A DNA stretch of 63,208 bases, the filler included. It is 6 parts of 6 records of this genome, joined end to end, with 100 filler letters (N's around TTAATTAATTAA, not from the genome) between each part and the next. Parts side by side here need not be neighbours in the genome. Positions count along the whole stretch, not along the records: positions 1 to 10,050 come from SRR31156797_25163; 5 more parts are not named here. The stretch is one strand, 5' to 3'. This document shows, one piece after another, positions 1 through 10,150 of this stretch. The stretch's first letter is position 1. Every line of letters begins with the position of its first letter. The notes under the pieces are model-generated. The model was given only the letters and a program-made list of their open reading frames with translations, was not told the DNA's origin and made no database searches. The position numbers and the translations under genes are program-made.

Positions 1-2136
1 GATATTCTCGCCGATCAATCGTTCGATCAAATTGAGCATGTCCGAAACACTCTCATTTAAATCGAGCACCTTCGGGGTAACCGTCTGTTTCCGGGCAAAA
101 GCGAGCAGCTGTCTAGTGAGATCCGCTGAGCGTTCGGCAGCTTTCTGTATTTCCCTCAGGTCGGAAAACAGGACCTGATCAGGAGGTACATTTTCAAGGG
201 CCATTTCCGTATGCCCGAGAATGACACACAGCATGTTATTAAAGTCGTGCGCTACGCCACCAGCCAGACGCCCTACCGATTCCATTTTCTGAGCCTGTCG
301 CAACTGAGACTCCAGTTTCGCCTTGTCTTCTTCGGCCATTTTCTGTTCTACGAGGGAACCGATAAGCCTCGCAGATACCTGGAGACGTTTTTTTGCCATT
401 TCGATGATATAGGGAGGGCGGCTGTCGTAGGTTTTCGAGATGCGAAGAAGCTCCTGAAAATCCACTCCATACCTATCGGCGATTTCCTTTTGCTTTCCGG
501 TTGAGCGGGGCGGGTCACCATACCCGAAATTGATGGAACCGATCACTTCTCCCCTTGCGAAGACCGGAAAAGCATAGAGTCGTAATCCACCGTTACATTC
601 GACATCAACCGGTTCTCCCTCTGCAATTGCCTTCTGAGAGCAACGCGTCCAGCAGGATTCATGGCACAGCCATTTTCCGGACTTGAGGGCTTCCGCATTA
701 TCATCCGTATTACACAGGTTTCGGGACGCATTTTCGAGAAAACGACACCATTTCGAGGAAAAGATCCCCAGGGCATAGTCTCCATTTTTTTCATAGATCG
801 CTGAAGACGTATCCAGCAAATCCAGGTATTCGCTGGCGATGCCTCGCAGAATCGTCTTGTCAATGGATCTTGCGATCAACCCGTCCTGATTCAGATCTGC
901 CAGGTCTTCATAACTTTCTGCCTGGTCCGAACTCGTCCGAGTTCGTTCTTCAGCCGACGATGTCGTTTTTGACAGCATCCACTCGATTTTTTTCAGGGAT
1001 TCCTCCAGAACCCGTCTCGATAGCGCAATCGAGATATTGCTCGCAACATTTTCGAGTTGCGCAATCAACTCCGGAGTGAAACGATTCGTTTGACGGTCAT
1101 TGAATTGCAGCAAGCCAAGCGCCTTGTTGTCAGCTCTCAAGGGAATCAATGCAATGGATTCATACCCTTCTCCATGACATCGATTGCGAGTACGTGTCAA
1201 CCGGTCCTTTTCCGTTGTCCCTGCGAGCAAGTCTGTTGCATTGTTCGTCCAGAAACTGCCACTCGAGGTGAAAAACGGTTTCGTTGGGTCAAACCGGCCA
1301 CACAGGATGTTTCCGCACATGCATTCGAGAACCGGATTCCCCGTGCCATCCTGAAGGATATTTCCATCCGGTCCATACGCGCACAGGTATTTCTCTTCAT
1401 GGATAAACCTTGCTGAAAAGCCCCGTGTTTCGAAATACGGAAAATCATCTCCTTCCTGCAAACGAATGCCCACTGCTTCACACCCGGACCAATCCTGCAA
1501 AACGGACGTCATCTCTGACCAGCATTCGTGGGGATCGCCCGATGTATCCAGAAGAAGAATCAATCGTGCCAGCAATTCACGTTCTTCCTGCTGTTGCTTG
1601 CTTATCGTAATATCACTCAGGACAACACGACAAGCGAACTTTCCTTCATCGGCTGTCGTTCGATTTGCTTCCAGTCGTGCCCAGAAAAAGATCCCATCTT
1701 CCTTTTGAATTCTCAGTTCGAATTTCTGAGGTTTACCCGTCTCAAAGAGGATCCTGCGGAAATGGTAGAAGATGTCCTGATCTTCCTTGAATATGAACCG
1801 AGACAGCGGCTGTTTGACGAGCATCCCTCGTAGCCTATCCAACATCGTGGCCAGGGTAAGGTTGGTTTCGAGAATCAGTCCCTTATCAGAAAGTGTACAG
1901 TATCCCACTGGAGCAAGGTCATAGAGCTCAAAATACCGCGCCCGCGTAGATTCAAGCTCTGCCTGAGCCCTTCGGAGTTCTTCGTTCTGCAGCTCCAGCT
2001 CGATCTGGTGTACCTGAAGTTCATGGAGAACCTGTGAAACCTCTCCCAGTACCGGCTCCGTTTTCCCTTCGGCAATGCTCTCGGCCCGACGGCGAAGTTC
2101 ATTTTCCAAGCGGTCTTCGGATTTCTTTCCTGGCAT
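1..2136 (-). CDS. Multi-sensor histidine kinase (PAS - Cys-rich GAF - PocR-like - HisKA), 3'-truncated by the window edge
   Basis: Absent from the ORF track, apparently because no stop is reached in the window. Segments translated by hand from ATG 2136 (RBS AGGAGG, 10 nt after the cheBR stop) stay in one frame: MPGKKSEDRLENELRRRAE...LHELQVHQIELELQNEEL...LECMCGNILCGRFDP...YEKNGDYALGIFSSKWCRFL...SGKWLCHESCW...RQAQKMESVGRLAGGVAHDFNNML (H-box). Confidence 0.9.
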   Translation of the reverse strand, partial: MPGKKSEDRLENELRRRAESIAEGKTEPVLGEVSQVLHELQVHQIELELQNEELRRAQAELESTRARYFELYDLAPVGYCTLSDKGLILETNLTLATMLDRLRGMLVKQPLSRFIFKEDQDIFYHFRRILFETGKPQKFELRIQKEDGIFFWARLEANRTTADEGKFACRVVLSDITISKQQQEERELLARLILLLDTSGDPHECWSEMTSVLQDWSGCEAVGIRLQEGDDFPYFETRGFSARFIHEEKYLCAYGPDGNILQDGTGNPVLECMCGNILCGRFDPTKPFFTSSGSFWTNNATDLLAGTTEKDRLTRTRNRCHGEGYESIALIPLRADNKALGLLQFNDRQTNRFTPELIAQLENVASNISIALSRRVLEESLKKIEWMLSKTTSSAEERTRTSSDQAESYEDLADLNQDGLIARSIDKTILRGIASEYLDLLDTSSAIYEKNGDYALGIFSSKWCRFLENASRNLCNTDDNAEALKSGKWLCHESCWTRCSQKAIAEGEPVDVECNGGLRLYAFPVFARGEVIGSINFGYGDPPRSTGKQKEIADRYGVDFQELLRISKTYDSRPPYIIEMAKKRLQVSARLIGSLVEQKMAEEDKAKLESQLRQAQKMESVGRLAGGVAHDFNNMLCVILGHTEMALENVPPDQVLFSDLREIQKAAERSADLTRQLLAFARKQTVTPKVLDLNESVSDMLNLIERLIGENI

Positions 2137-2146
2137 CGAGACCTCC

Positions 2147-5100
2147 TTACCCTTCTGGCTCCACCCTCCGTTCTGTCGTTACAATCGCATACATTGTCCC
2201 ATCGTCATGCACCAGCGCCGATGACGTCAGCAGCACTTCCACCCGGTTCCCATCCTTTGCCACCCTTTGAGTTCGATGCGGCCTGATCAGTTTCGCCCGG
2301 CTCAAGTTCTTCAATTCGGCTAATACCTGTTCCTGATGCTCATCTGCGACCACATCCCTGATATTCATCTGCATTGCTTCTTCTTCAGTCCAGCCCAACT
2401 CTCTTTCTGCTGCGGGATTCCACGCGAGAATCCGTCCTTCGAGATCGTACATCGTAACGATGTCATATGCGTCACGCACGACGGCAGATAAACGAGTGAG
2501 ACTCCTGCATTCGCCCAACATCTCCCGGGCTTCCCTGACCTCGGTGATATCGTTAAAGGTAATCACAGCTCCTTCAATCACATTTTCGAGGGTTCGGTAC
2601 GGTTGAATCCGCATCAAGAACCACTTCCCATCTTCCGTCTGCACATTTCGTTCACAGGGAAGCAATGAGCTCAGCACTTCCCGTATATCACCCGTTAACG
2701 AATCGTAATCCTTCATGTTCGACACAATATGTCCTACCGGCCTGCCCACATCACTTGAAATCAGGTTGATGATACTGGCGGCGGCTGGCGTAAAGCGAAG
2801 GATCTGAAGCTGGTGATTGACAAAAACGGTCCCAATCCCCGTCCCTGCCAGGAGATTGTTCATATCGTTGTTGGCTTGCGATAAATCTGCCACTTTTGTC
2901 TGCAACTCGGCATTGACTGTCACCAGTTCTTCGTTGACCGACTGAAGTTCTTCCTTGGAGGTTTCAAGCTCTTCGTTTGTGGATTGCAGCTCCTCATTGA
3001 TCGATTGCATTTCCTCGTTGGAGGATTTGAGTTCTTCGTTGGATGTCTCCAGTTCCTCGTTGGTCGCCTGGAGGTATTCTTCCTTGGTCCGCAATTCCTT
3101 CTGGAGTTCGGCGATCCTGGCGTCCGTTGCCGGGGATGAATCGGCATCCGTTACCGAATCCGACTCGTTCATGGACTCCGGAGATGCGACCTCTTGCAGA
3201 GTAACGAGATACAGAGGAGTCTCCAGAAGTCCGTCTGGCCTGGTCGTCACTGTGCGAACTGCCAGATTCACGGTTGTGTAGTCGCCGTTTGTTTTTACAC
3301 GCAGTCCCGGATATTCCACGACTTCTCTTGTTTCGGCCACTTTGCGTAAAGCCGTAGCCAGCTCAAGTCGAACTCCTTCCCGAGCCATCTTCAGAATATT
3401 GTTGATGCCGGCTTCACCCGGTGCAGGTTCGAGAAACATCCCAGTGCGTCCATGCAGGTAAAAGATATCCCCCTGACGGTTCACGAGAGCGCTGGCCGGG
3501 GCAACCTGCTGCAGGAGCGTCTGTTCGGTCAGCTTCCGCAACGACAGTTTTGCCGGATCGATCGGAGCTGCTGAATCCTGTGCAAATGCGATTTCCGTTG
3601 CCGGAGCAGACGGATGGAAACGATCAAGCACCGCACACGGCATGTTCCGGAGCACTTCGTTTCGCTGATACAACTTCGATTTGCTGTCCAAGGTGGTAAA
3701 CAGATCGCTATGTTGTCCAAGCGTTTCAGATGTTCCCAGAAACAGCATCCCGCCTGGATTCAGTGCATAGTGAAACAAGGGGATGAGCTTTTTCTGCAGA
3801 TCTGCTCCCATATAGATCAGGAGATTCCTGCAACTGATCAGATCCAGCTTGGAAAACGGTGGATCTTTGATGACATTCTGTTCCGAAAAAACCAGCATGT
3901 CGCGTATGCCCTTGTGAATGCGATATATGCTGCCATCCGGCTCGGAAACAAAAAACCGCGACAGCCTCTCCTGTGAAATATCAGCAGCAACATTGTGCGG
4001 ATAGAGACCCGTTCGAGCCCTTGTAATCGCCAGATTGTCAATATCCGTAGCGAAAATCTGAACCCGGTAGTTCTGTTTCCGGGATTCCAGGTATTCCTGC
4101 AGGAGTATGGCAATCGAATACGCTTCCTCGCCCGTAGAACATCCGGGAACCCATACACGAATCAGAGAGCCCGGAGGCCTGGAGGAGAACAGTTTCGGAA
4201 TTCCCTGATCCTCAAGAACCGAAAACGCTTCCGTATCGCGGAAGAAATTGGTTACTCCAATCAGCAGATCACGGAAGAGGGCTTCGATTTCGGCCGAATT
4301 GTGCTGAAGATACTTGACGTACTCTTCAATGCATTCAATCTGGTGAAGAGCCATTCGCTTCTCAATACGGCGGTGAATCGTGCTGGATTTGTAGAGTGAA
4401 AAATCGTGCCCGGTCTGTGTTCGCAAGAGAATGAGGATATGTTTGATCGCGTCTGATGCATTCACCGACGTTGCCGCTACCGATCGTACGGGTTTCAAGC
4501 AGGTATGTTTGACATGGGCAATCAACTGAGCGGGCATTTCGACTGGAAGAAGTTCATAATCGACCAGGCCTGTCGCAATCGCGTTGCATGGCATACCATC
4601 ATACTCTGCAGAAGCGGGTGTCTGGACCATGACAATGCCGCCTTCGCCTTTTATTGACCGGATTCCCTGTGTTCCGTCACTGCCCGTACCCGAAAGTACA
4701 ACTCCAATCGACCGCTCGCGAAGATCCTGGGCAAGGGAGCGGAAGAAGAAATCAATCGGTAATCGCTGACCTCGGGGTGCAGAAGGTTCCATCAACTGAA
4801 GTGAGCCGTTCAGAAACGCCATGTCCCGGTTTGGAGGTATGATGTATGCACAATTGGGCTTGACCACCATTCCATTTTCAACTTCGAAGACCTGCATTCG
4901 AGTATAGCGACGTATCAGGTCCGTAAGCAGGCTGTTGTGGTCAGGCGCCAGATGCTGCACCAGCACAAAAGCCATTCCGGGGTCCCTGTCGTCCGGCATA
5001 CCGGAAAGAAATTCTTCAAATGCAGCGAGCCCTCCGGCAGATGCCCCGATCCCGACAATCGGAAAAGATGTTTCTTCGGGTTTGTCGGATTGGGCAGTAC

Positions 5101-5200
5101 CCTGCGTATTGGTTTCAGCAATGGGCTGAGAAGAATCAGACATTTCATCCTGCTGCCTGATCGCCTTTCGATTCGCTCCAGATTTCTTTTTCTCAGCCAT
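2147..5200 (-). CDS. cheBR: CheB methylesterase - CheR methyltransferase - coiled coil - PAS fusion protein
   Basis: CheB motifs GASAGG, VQH and LSGTGSDG; CheR motifs IGVTNFFRD, VPGCSTGEEAYS and DLISCRNLLIY; EELQSTNEELETSKEELQS heptads; C-terminal PAS domains. Start placed at ATG 5200 (upstream AGGGAG); the ORF extends to 5305. Confidence 0.93.
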   Translation of the reverse strand: MAEKKKSGANRKAIRQQDEMSDSSQPIAETNTQGTAQSDKPEETSFPIVGIGASAGGLAAFEEFLSGMPDDRDPGMAFVLVQHLAPDHNSLLTDLIRRYTRMQVFEVENGMVVKPNCAYIIPPNRDMAFLNGSLQLMEPSAPRGQRLPIDFFFRSLAQDLRERSIGVVLSGTGSDGTQGIRSIKGEGGIVMVQTPASAEYDGMPCNAIATGLVDYELLPVEMPAQLIAHVKHTCLKPVRSVAATSVNASDAIKHILILLRTQTGHDFSLYKSSTIHRRIEKRMALHQIECIEEYVKYLQHNSAEIEALFRDLLIGVTNFFRDTEAFSVLEDQGIPKLFSSRPPGSLIRVWVPGCSTGEEAYSIAILLQEYLESRKQNYRVQIFATDIDNLAITRARTGLYPHNVAADISQERLSRFFVSEPDGSIYRIHKGIRDMLVFSEQNVIKDPPFSKLDLISCRNLLIYMGADLQKKLIPLFHYALNPGGMLFLGTSETLGQHSDLFTTLDSKSKLYQRNEVLRNMPCAVLDRFHPSAPATEIAFAQDSAAPIDPAKLSLRKLTEQTLLQQVAPASALVNRQGDIFYLHGRTGMFLEPAPGEAGINNILKMAREGVRLELATALRKVAETREVVEYPGLRVKTNGDYTTVNLAVRTVTTRPDGLLETPLYLVTLQEVASPESMNESDSVTDADSSPATDARIAELQKELRTKEEYLQATNEELETSNEELKSSNEEMQSINEELQSTNEELETSKEELQSVNEELVTVNAELQTKVADLSQANNDMNNLLAGTGIGTVFVNHQLQILRFTPAAASIINLISSDVGRPVGHIVSNMKDYDSLTGDIREVLSSLLPCERNVQTEDGKWFLMRIQPYRTLENVIEGAVITFNDITEVREAREMLGECRSLTRLSAVVRDAYDIVTMYDLEGRILAWNPAAERELGWTEEEAMQMNIRDVVADEHQEQVLAELKNLSRAKLIRPHRTQRVAKDGNRVEVLLTSSALVHDDGTMYAIVTTERRVEPEG

Positions 5201-5842
5201 GCAACTCCCTGCTTTATGGTGAACATGTCCGGGTTCTTTTTTGCGGGACGCAGCCCCATTCACCCGGACTCCAGCTTTGATTACGATCTGATGCTTTACA
5301 AGCAAGAAACAAATAAAGGTAGTTTCTCACTACTTTCTCAGCCAGCTTTCGCAGTACCATCGCCAATCTATCATTCGGACATGTTGCCAGTATGAGCACG
5401 TTTCCGGCTAAGCCGTCAAACGGTTCATCACCTGTCTGTGGCTCTCACTGGTCTACTGACTTCGCTACTCTACTGCGGAGTGGAGTATAGTGGATTTCCA
5501 GTTCAACAACAAGATTTTCCTGTTCCACTTTACAGTGAGGACTCTTTCTTCAGACCTCCCAGGCTTTAATCTTTGTTTCTACAATGGAACCATTGAATGA
5601 AAAAGCATGCCATCCTGAGTCAAACGATCGAACTATAGTGGGCAGTACGGACGGAGTTGGAATGAGGAAACAGAATACAGAAGCCAGAAGGCTGCGCTAA
5701 ACGGATGCACCCTGGATCTGGTCGAATTCTTTAATCAGGAAGAAAGGCTGGGGGATCTGCACGGGTTGGAATCTCGTGCCACGGAGTGTCGCATCCTGAC
5801 GGCAGACTCTTTTTCAAGACTGCTTTTGAAACAACAGGCATG

Positions 5843-6115
5843 TTACGGCTTCATGCCATTGTGCCTCTGGATCAATTCGCAATAAGACGGCAAGACTCCG
5901 TCTTCAAGTGGAATCAGCAAGAGGCCATACTCAGGTGCAGCATTCGGAGCATCTTTGAACATGACTCCACCTGTGTCTTCGCAAACGCAATCCTCGGCAT
6001 CCTGTGTGCCCGCCTGGAAAATCTGATCAACGACCATCCGGGTATTGTCGCACAGGACCAGATCACCCTTCAGAACCGTTTCGCCGGCAGAATAGCAAAT
6101 CGAGTTCCCTGACAT
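5843..6115 (-). CDS. Small hypothetical protein (90 aa)
   Basis: ATG preceded by GAGG and protein-like composition; no recognisable family. Confidence 0.4.
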   Translation of the reverse strand: MSGNSICYSAGETVLKGDLVLCDNTRMVVDQIFQAGTQDAEDCVCEDTGGVMFKDAPNAAPEYGLLLIPLEDGVLPSYCELIQRHNGMKP

Positions 6116-6446
6116 CCAAATTCCTCAAAGACTCATTTCGTATCCGATTTCAGGCTTCCTTACTGCAGCATTGACCTGAACTCCATTCTATCCGGATTTC
6201 GATGCGAGAATTGTAACTGTTACGGTCTCATAATCAAAGAGAGTAGGGAACTTCGCGGGGGTTATCTGATAGGATGGTTCGTTGAGATCGGGTCATGTGC
6301 CTGATACACCGTTATACAGGGTATGCATGTGAATCTGTCTTGCATTGAACGGCAGACTACCCACCAGCAAGGGAAGCGAAGCGTTCCTGAATTTCTGATT
6401 CACACACAGATTCCACCCAATACTCTTCATGAGAAGAAGGATTGAT

Positions 6447-9173
6447 ATGTCCAGGTCCACTCTTATCGTCACTATTCTATTCACTGCGATCGTGAGTTCC
6501 AGCGCGTCTGCTGTCGATATCGAGGCGTTGATTGCGGATATGACGCTGGATGAAAAGATCGGGCAGATGACGCAGGCGGAGCGTGGGAGTGTTACCCCTG
6601 CTGATGTCGAGAACTTCTTCCTGGGGTCCATTCTCAGTGGCGGTGGTTCGACGCCTGATCCCAACACTCCTGCCGCGTGGGCAGATATGCATGATGCGTA
6701 TCAGAACGGCGCCTTGAATACACGGCTGGGGATTCCGATTCTTTACGGGATCGATGCCGTTCATGGTCATAATAACGTGGTTGGGGCGACGATCTTTCCG
6801 CATAACATCGGGCTGGGGGCGACGCGCGATCCTGTCCTGGTCGAGGAGATCGGGCGGATCACGGCGAAGGAAGTCGCATGTACCGGGCTTGAGTGGACGT
6901 TTTCTCCATGCGTGTCGGTGGTGCGGGATGAACGGTGGGGCCGGACGTATGAAGGGTTTGGAGAGGATCCGGAGCTGCAGACACTGCTGGCCGGCAGTTT
7001 CGTGCGGGGACTTCAGGGCACGACGATGAGTGGGGAGAGGGTCGTGGCGTGTGCCAAGCATTTCGTCGGTGACGGTGGGACGAATGGCGGTACTGACCGG
7101 GGCAATACGATCTGTGATGAGGCGACGCTTCGCTCGATTCATATGCCCGGGTACGTGGAGGCTGTCGCCCAGAACGTGGGAACGATCATGCCTTCCTACA
7201 GCAGCTGGAACGGGGTGAAGATGCACCAGAACCAGTATCTGCTGACGGATGTGCTGAAGACCGAGCTGGGGTTTGATGGGTTTCTGATTTCGGACTGGGA
7301 GGCGGTGTATGAACTGTCCGGTTCGAGTTACTACGACAAAGTCGTTCTGATGGTCAATGCCGGCGTCGATATGGCGATGGAGCCGCACAACTGGCAGAAC
7401 TGGATCAGCACGCTGAAGTCCGCGGTGAATAACGGCGATGTCAGCATGGAGCGGATCGATGATGCGGTGCGTCGTATTCTGCGGATCAAGGAGCGGGCGG
7501 GCGTATTTGATGATCCGCTGGCTGACCGGACTCTTGTGAACAGTGGTGCGCTTGGCAGTACAGCTCATCGGGATGTTGCCCGGGAGGCCGTGCGGAAATC
7601 GCTTGTGCTGTTGAAGAACGATGGCGTGCTGCCGCTAGCCAGGGGGAGCAATGTGTTTGTGGCCGGCAAGAGTGCCAACGACATCGGAAATCAATGTGGT
7701 GGGTGGAGTATTTCGTGGCAGGGTTCAAGTGGTGCGATTACGCCCGGGACGACGATTCTCGAGGGGATCCAGGAAGCGGTGACCGGCCATGGGGGATCGG
7801 TCTCGTTCAGCGAAGACGGGACGGGATCGGCGGGGCATGATGTTGCGATCGTGGTGATTGGCGAGACGCCTTACGCTGAGGGCCATGGAGACAACGGAAG
7901 CCTGGCACTGGATGGTGCGGATGTTGAATGTCTCGGGCGGATTGCGGATATTCCGACCGTTGTCGTGCTGGTGTCGGGGCGTCCGATGATGATCAGTGAT
8001 CACCTGGGCGACTGGGATGCTTTCGTGGCGGCGTGGCTGCCGGGGACCGAGGGGGATGGAGTAGCCGAGGTTCTGTCTGGTGATTTTGATTTTACGGGGA
8101 GGTTGTCGCACAGCTGGCCTGTGGATATCGGGCAGGTGCCGATCAATGTCGGGGATGCGGGGTATACCCCCCTGTTTCCGTATGGGTATGGGCTGAGTTA
8201 CGGTTCTGCGGCTCCGTCGGTTTCGATTACGAGTCCGTCTGATGGAGCGACGTTGCCTGTGGGGGATGTATCGATTACTGCGGATGCATCGGATCATGAT
8301 GGTTCTGTTGTGCGAGTGGAGTTTTACGAGGGTTCGCATTACCTGGGTGAGGATGTTGCTGCTCCTTATGAGTGTACATGGGGCTCGGTTGGTGATGGTT
8401 GTTATACACTGATGGTTCGGGCTTATGATGATGACGGGCTTTCGGGCATGGATACCGTTGACATTGTCGTCGGTGAGGGTTGTGAAGGGCAGGCCCCCTA
8501 CCATGGCTCGGCCTCGGTGATTCCGGGGAGGATCCAGGCGGAAGATTTCGATTTCGGTGGCGAGGGTGAAGCCTATCACGATGCGGATGCCAGCAATAAC
8601 GGTGGGCAGTATCGACCGGATGAAGGTGTAGACATCGAAAGCTGTGGTGATGATGGCGGTGGCTATAACGTCGGCTGGATGACTGAAGGTGAATGGCTGG
8701 AATATACCGTTGATGTCGCGATTGCGGGTGAGTATCGGGTTGATGTTCGTGTCGCGTCCGAGTCTACGGGGGGTACGCTTCGGCTCGAGTTTGAAGGAGT
8801 GGACGTGACCGGTTCCGTGGTTGTGCCAGTAACCGACGGATGGCAGAGTTGGACGACGGTGAGTGCGGACGTGGTTCTTTCGGACGGCTCGCAGGTCATG
8901 CGGTTTGTGAATGAGAGTCCCGGTGGCAATGAGTATAACGTCAACTGGTTTGACATTGTGCTGGTTCAGGGGGTTGGGGATCTTGATGGGGATGCGGATG
9001 TGGATCTCGATGACTTTGCGGGATTCGCGGAGTGCATGTCGGGGCCGGGCGAAATGCCTGCGCCGAGTGCTCCGATTACGTATGAGCAATGTATCGAAGC
9101 GTTTGATTCGGATGAGGATGGGGATGTGGATTTGAGGGATTTCGTGGAGTTCCAGGGAGCGTTTGGAGTGTAA
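6447..9173 (+). CDS. Secreted GH3 beta-glucosidase with Ig-like (Big) domain, CBM6-like module and C-terminal dockerin-like domain
   Basis: Signal peptide MSRSTLIV...SSASA; GH3 motifs MTLDEKIGQM, DAVHGHNN, RDERWGRTYEGF, KHFVGDGG and ISDW (nucleophile Asp); Ig-like PSVSITSP...VEFY; CBM6-like IQAEDFD...GWMTEGEWLEYTV...NVNWF; paired DxDxDxDVD loops at the C-terminus. Confidence 0.93.
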   Translation: MSRSTLIVTILFTAIVSSSASAVDIEALIADMTLDEKIGQMTQAERGSVTPADVENFFLGSILSGGGSTPDPNTPAAWADMHDAYQNGALNTRLGIPILYGIDAVHGHNNVVGATIFPHNIGLGATRDPVLVEEIGRITAKEVACTGLEWTFSPCVSVVRDERWGRTYEGFGEDPELQTLLAGSFVRGLQGTTMSGERVVACAKHFVGDGGTNGGTDRGNTICDEATLRSIHMPGYVEAVAQNVGTIMPSYSSWNGVKMHQNQYLLTDVLKTELGFDGFLISDWEAVYELSGSSYYDKVVLMVNAGVDMAMEPHNWQNWISTLKSAVNNGDVSMERIDDAVRRILRIKERAGVFDDPLADRTLVNSGALGSTAHRDVAREAVRKSLVLLKNDGVLPLARGSNVFVAGKSANDIGNQCGGWSISWQGSSGAITPGTTILEGIQEAVTGHGGSVSFSEDGTGSAGHDVAIVVIGETPYAEGHGDNGSLALDGADVECLGRIADIPTVVVLVSGRPMMISDHLGDWDAFVAAWLPGTEGDGVAEVLSGDFDFTGRLSHSWPVDIGQVPINVGDAGYTPLFPYGYGLSYGSAAPSVSITSPSDGATLPVGDVSITADASDHDGSVVRVEFYEGSHYLGEDVAAPYECTWGSVGDGCYTLMVRAYDDDGLSGMDTVDIVVGEGCEGQAPYHGSASVIPGRIQAEDFDFGGEGEAYHDADASNNGGQYRPDEGVDIESCGDDGGGYNVGWMTEGEWLEYTVDVAIAGEYRVDVRVASESTGGTLRLEFEGVDVTGSVVVPVTDGWQSWTTVSADVVLSDGSQVMRFVNESPGGNEYNVNWFDIVLVQGVGDLDGDADVDLDDFAGFAECMSGPGEMPAPSAPITYEQCIEAFDSDEDGDVDLRDFVEFQGAFGV

Positions 9174-9384
9174 GAGACCACGAAAGGGGAAAAAGAAGGC
9201 AGGAGCCAGAATACAGAAGGCTGTCGCACAAAGAGAGAGCCTGGGCAGTGGTCGCAGTCTTTTGCAGTGGAAGAATCGTTGGGGAATCCGCGATGGCTGG
9301 AAGCGTGAATTTCGAGGAGCTGCGTCCGCCTATGGTGGCCGCAGCCCCTGTCATTTACTTTTTGCTTCAACACGGCGTTTTTCG

Positions 9385-10050
9385 TCAGAAGCGGATGTAG
9401 CCCATATCTTCGACGTCCCGGGTTGCCTGCATCAATGTCTGGGCATAGGTCTGTTCGATGACCTGCTGGTCGCCTTCTGAGATTTCGAGGGTTTCACCGG
9501 GAGTTCCGCAAAAGCCGAATGTGTTGACCATCGTCATGGAACCCATTGCGGTGTGGGTTGTAATGACTGTTCCTTCTGTGGTCCAACTATTGGTTGCATT
9601 CTGGGTACACTGGAAATTCAGGCTTGTTTCCACGGAGACACAAATGGAATTATCCTGCATGCCATCGTTATAATCCGTGTAGAGGTACTCTCCTGCCTGG
9701 CAAGGGCTTTCGCTGTCATCGTTCATTTCTTCCGAATCGGGCTGCTGATCTTCATCGTCGCCAGAGTCGGAGTCCTGACCGTTACACTCATCCGACGTTT
9801 CCTGGACCAGGCAGCCTGATACGACTTTAAAGTAGGTCGAGCATTCGGGTTCTTCGCAGAGTGCGATCATGGTCTGGTCATTGAGGCTGCAGATTTCGAG
9901 GATCCGGCCTTCTTCTCCGACGTTGTACCAATTGGAAACCGCGGACAACTGGTTGACTAACGATGACAGGGAATTTTCACAAGCACCGAGAGCTTTACCG
10001 AAGTCGGAGATTTCCTCGTCAGTGGTCGGGCTGCCGTACTCGATGGTTTC
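9385..10050 (-). CDS. Hypothetical Cys/Asp-rich, probably extracellular protein, 5'-truncated
   Basis: Frame is open from the contig edge (ETIEYGSPTTDEEISDFGKALGAC...) to the stop at 9385; acidic linker and several Cys. Confidence 0.6.
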   Translation of the reverse strand, partial: ETIEYGSPTTDEEISDFGKALGACENSLSSLVNQLSAVSNWYNVGEEGRILEICSLNDQTMIALCEEPECSTYFKVVSGCLVQETSDECNGQDSDSGDDEDQQPDSEEMNDDSESPCQAGEYLYTDYNDGMQDNSICVSVETSLNFQCTQNATNSWTTEGTVITTHTAMGSMTMVNTFGFCGTPGETLEISEGDQQVIEQTYAQTLMQATRDVEDMGYIRF

Positions 10051-10150
10051 NNNNNNNNNNNNNNNNNNNNNNNNNNNNNNNNNNNNNNNNNNNNTTAATT
10101 AATTAANNNNNNNNNNNNNNNNNNNNNNNNNNNNNNNNNNNNNNNNNNNN
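10051..10150. other. Artificial contig spacer (N-run + TTAATTAATTAA + N-run)
   Basis: The same 100-nt spacer, with stops in all six frames, occurs five times. Base composition changes abruptly across it. Confidence 0.98.

Noticed and set aside
211-2102. Numerous short ORFs in the track over 211-2102
   Set aside because: All overlap the real minus-strand kinase frame (2136 to the window edge), which the track missed.
2870-3090. 21-nt periodic repeats in cheBR
   Set aside because: They encode the well-known EELQSTNEELETSK heptad coiled coil of CheB/CheR fusions.
6477-9089. Long antisense ORFs (363 and 454 aa) opposite the GH3 gene
   Set aside because: Shadow ORFs caused by codon bias; His/Arg/Ile-rich with no recognisable motifs.
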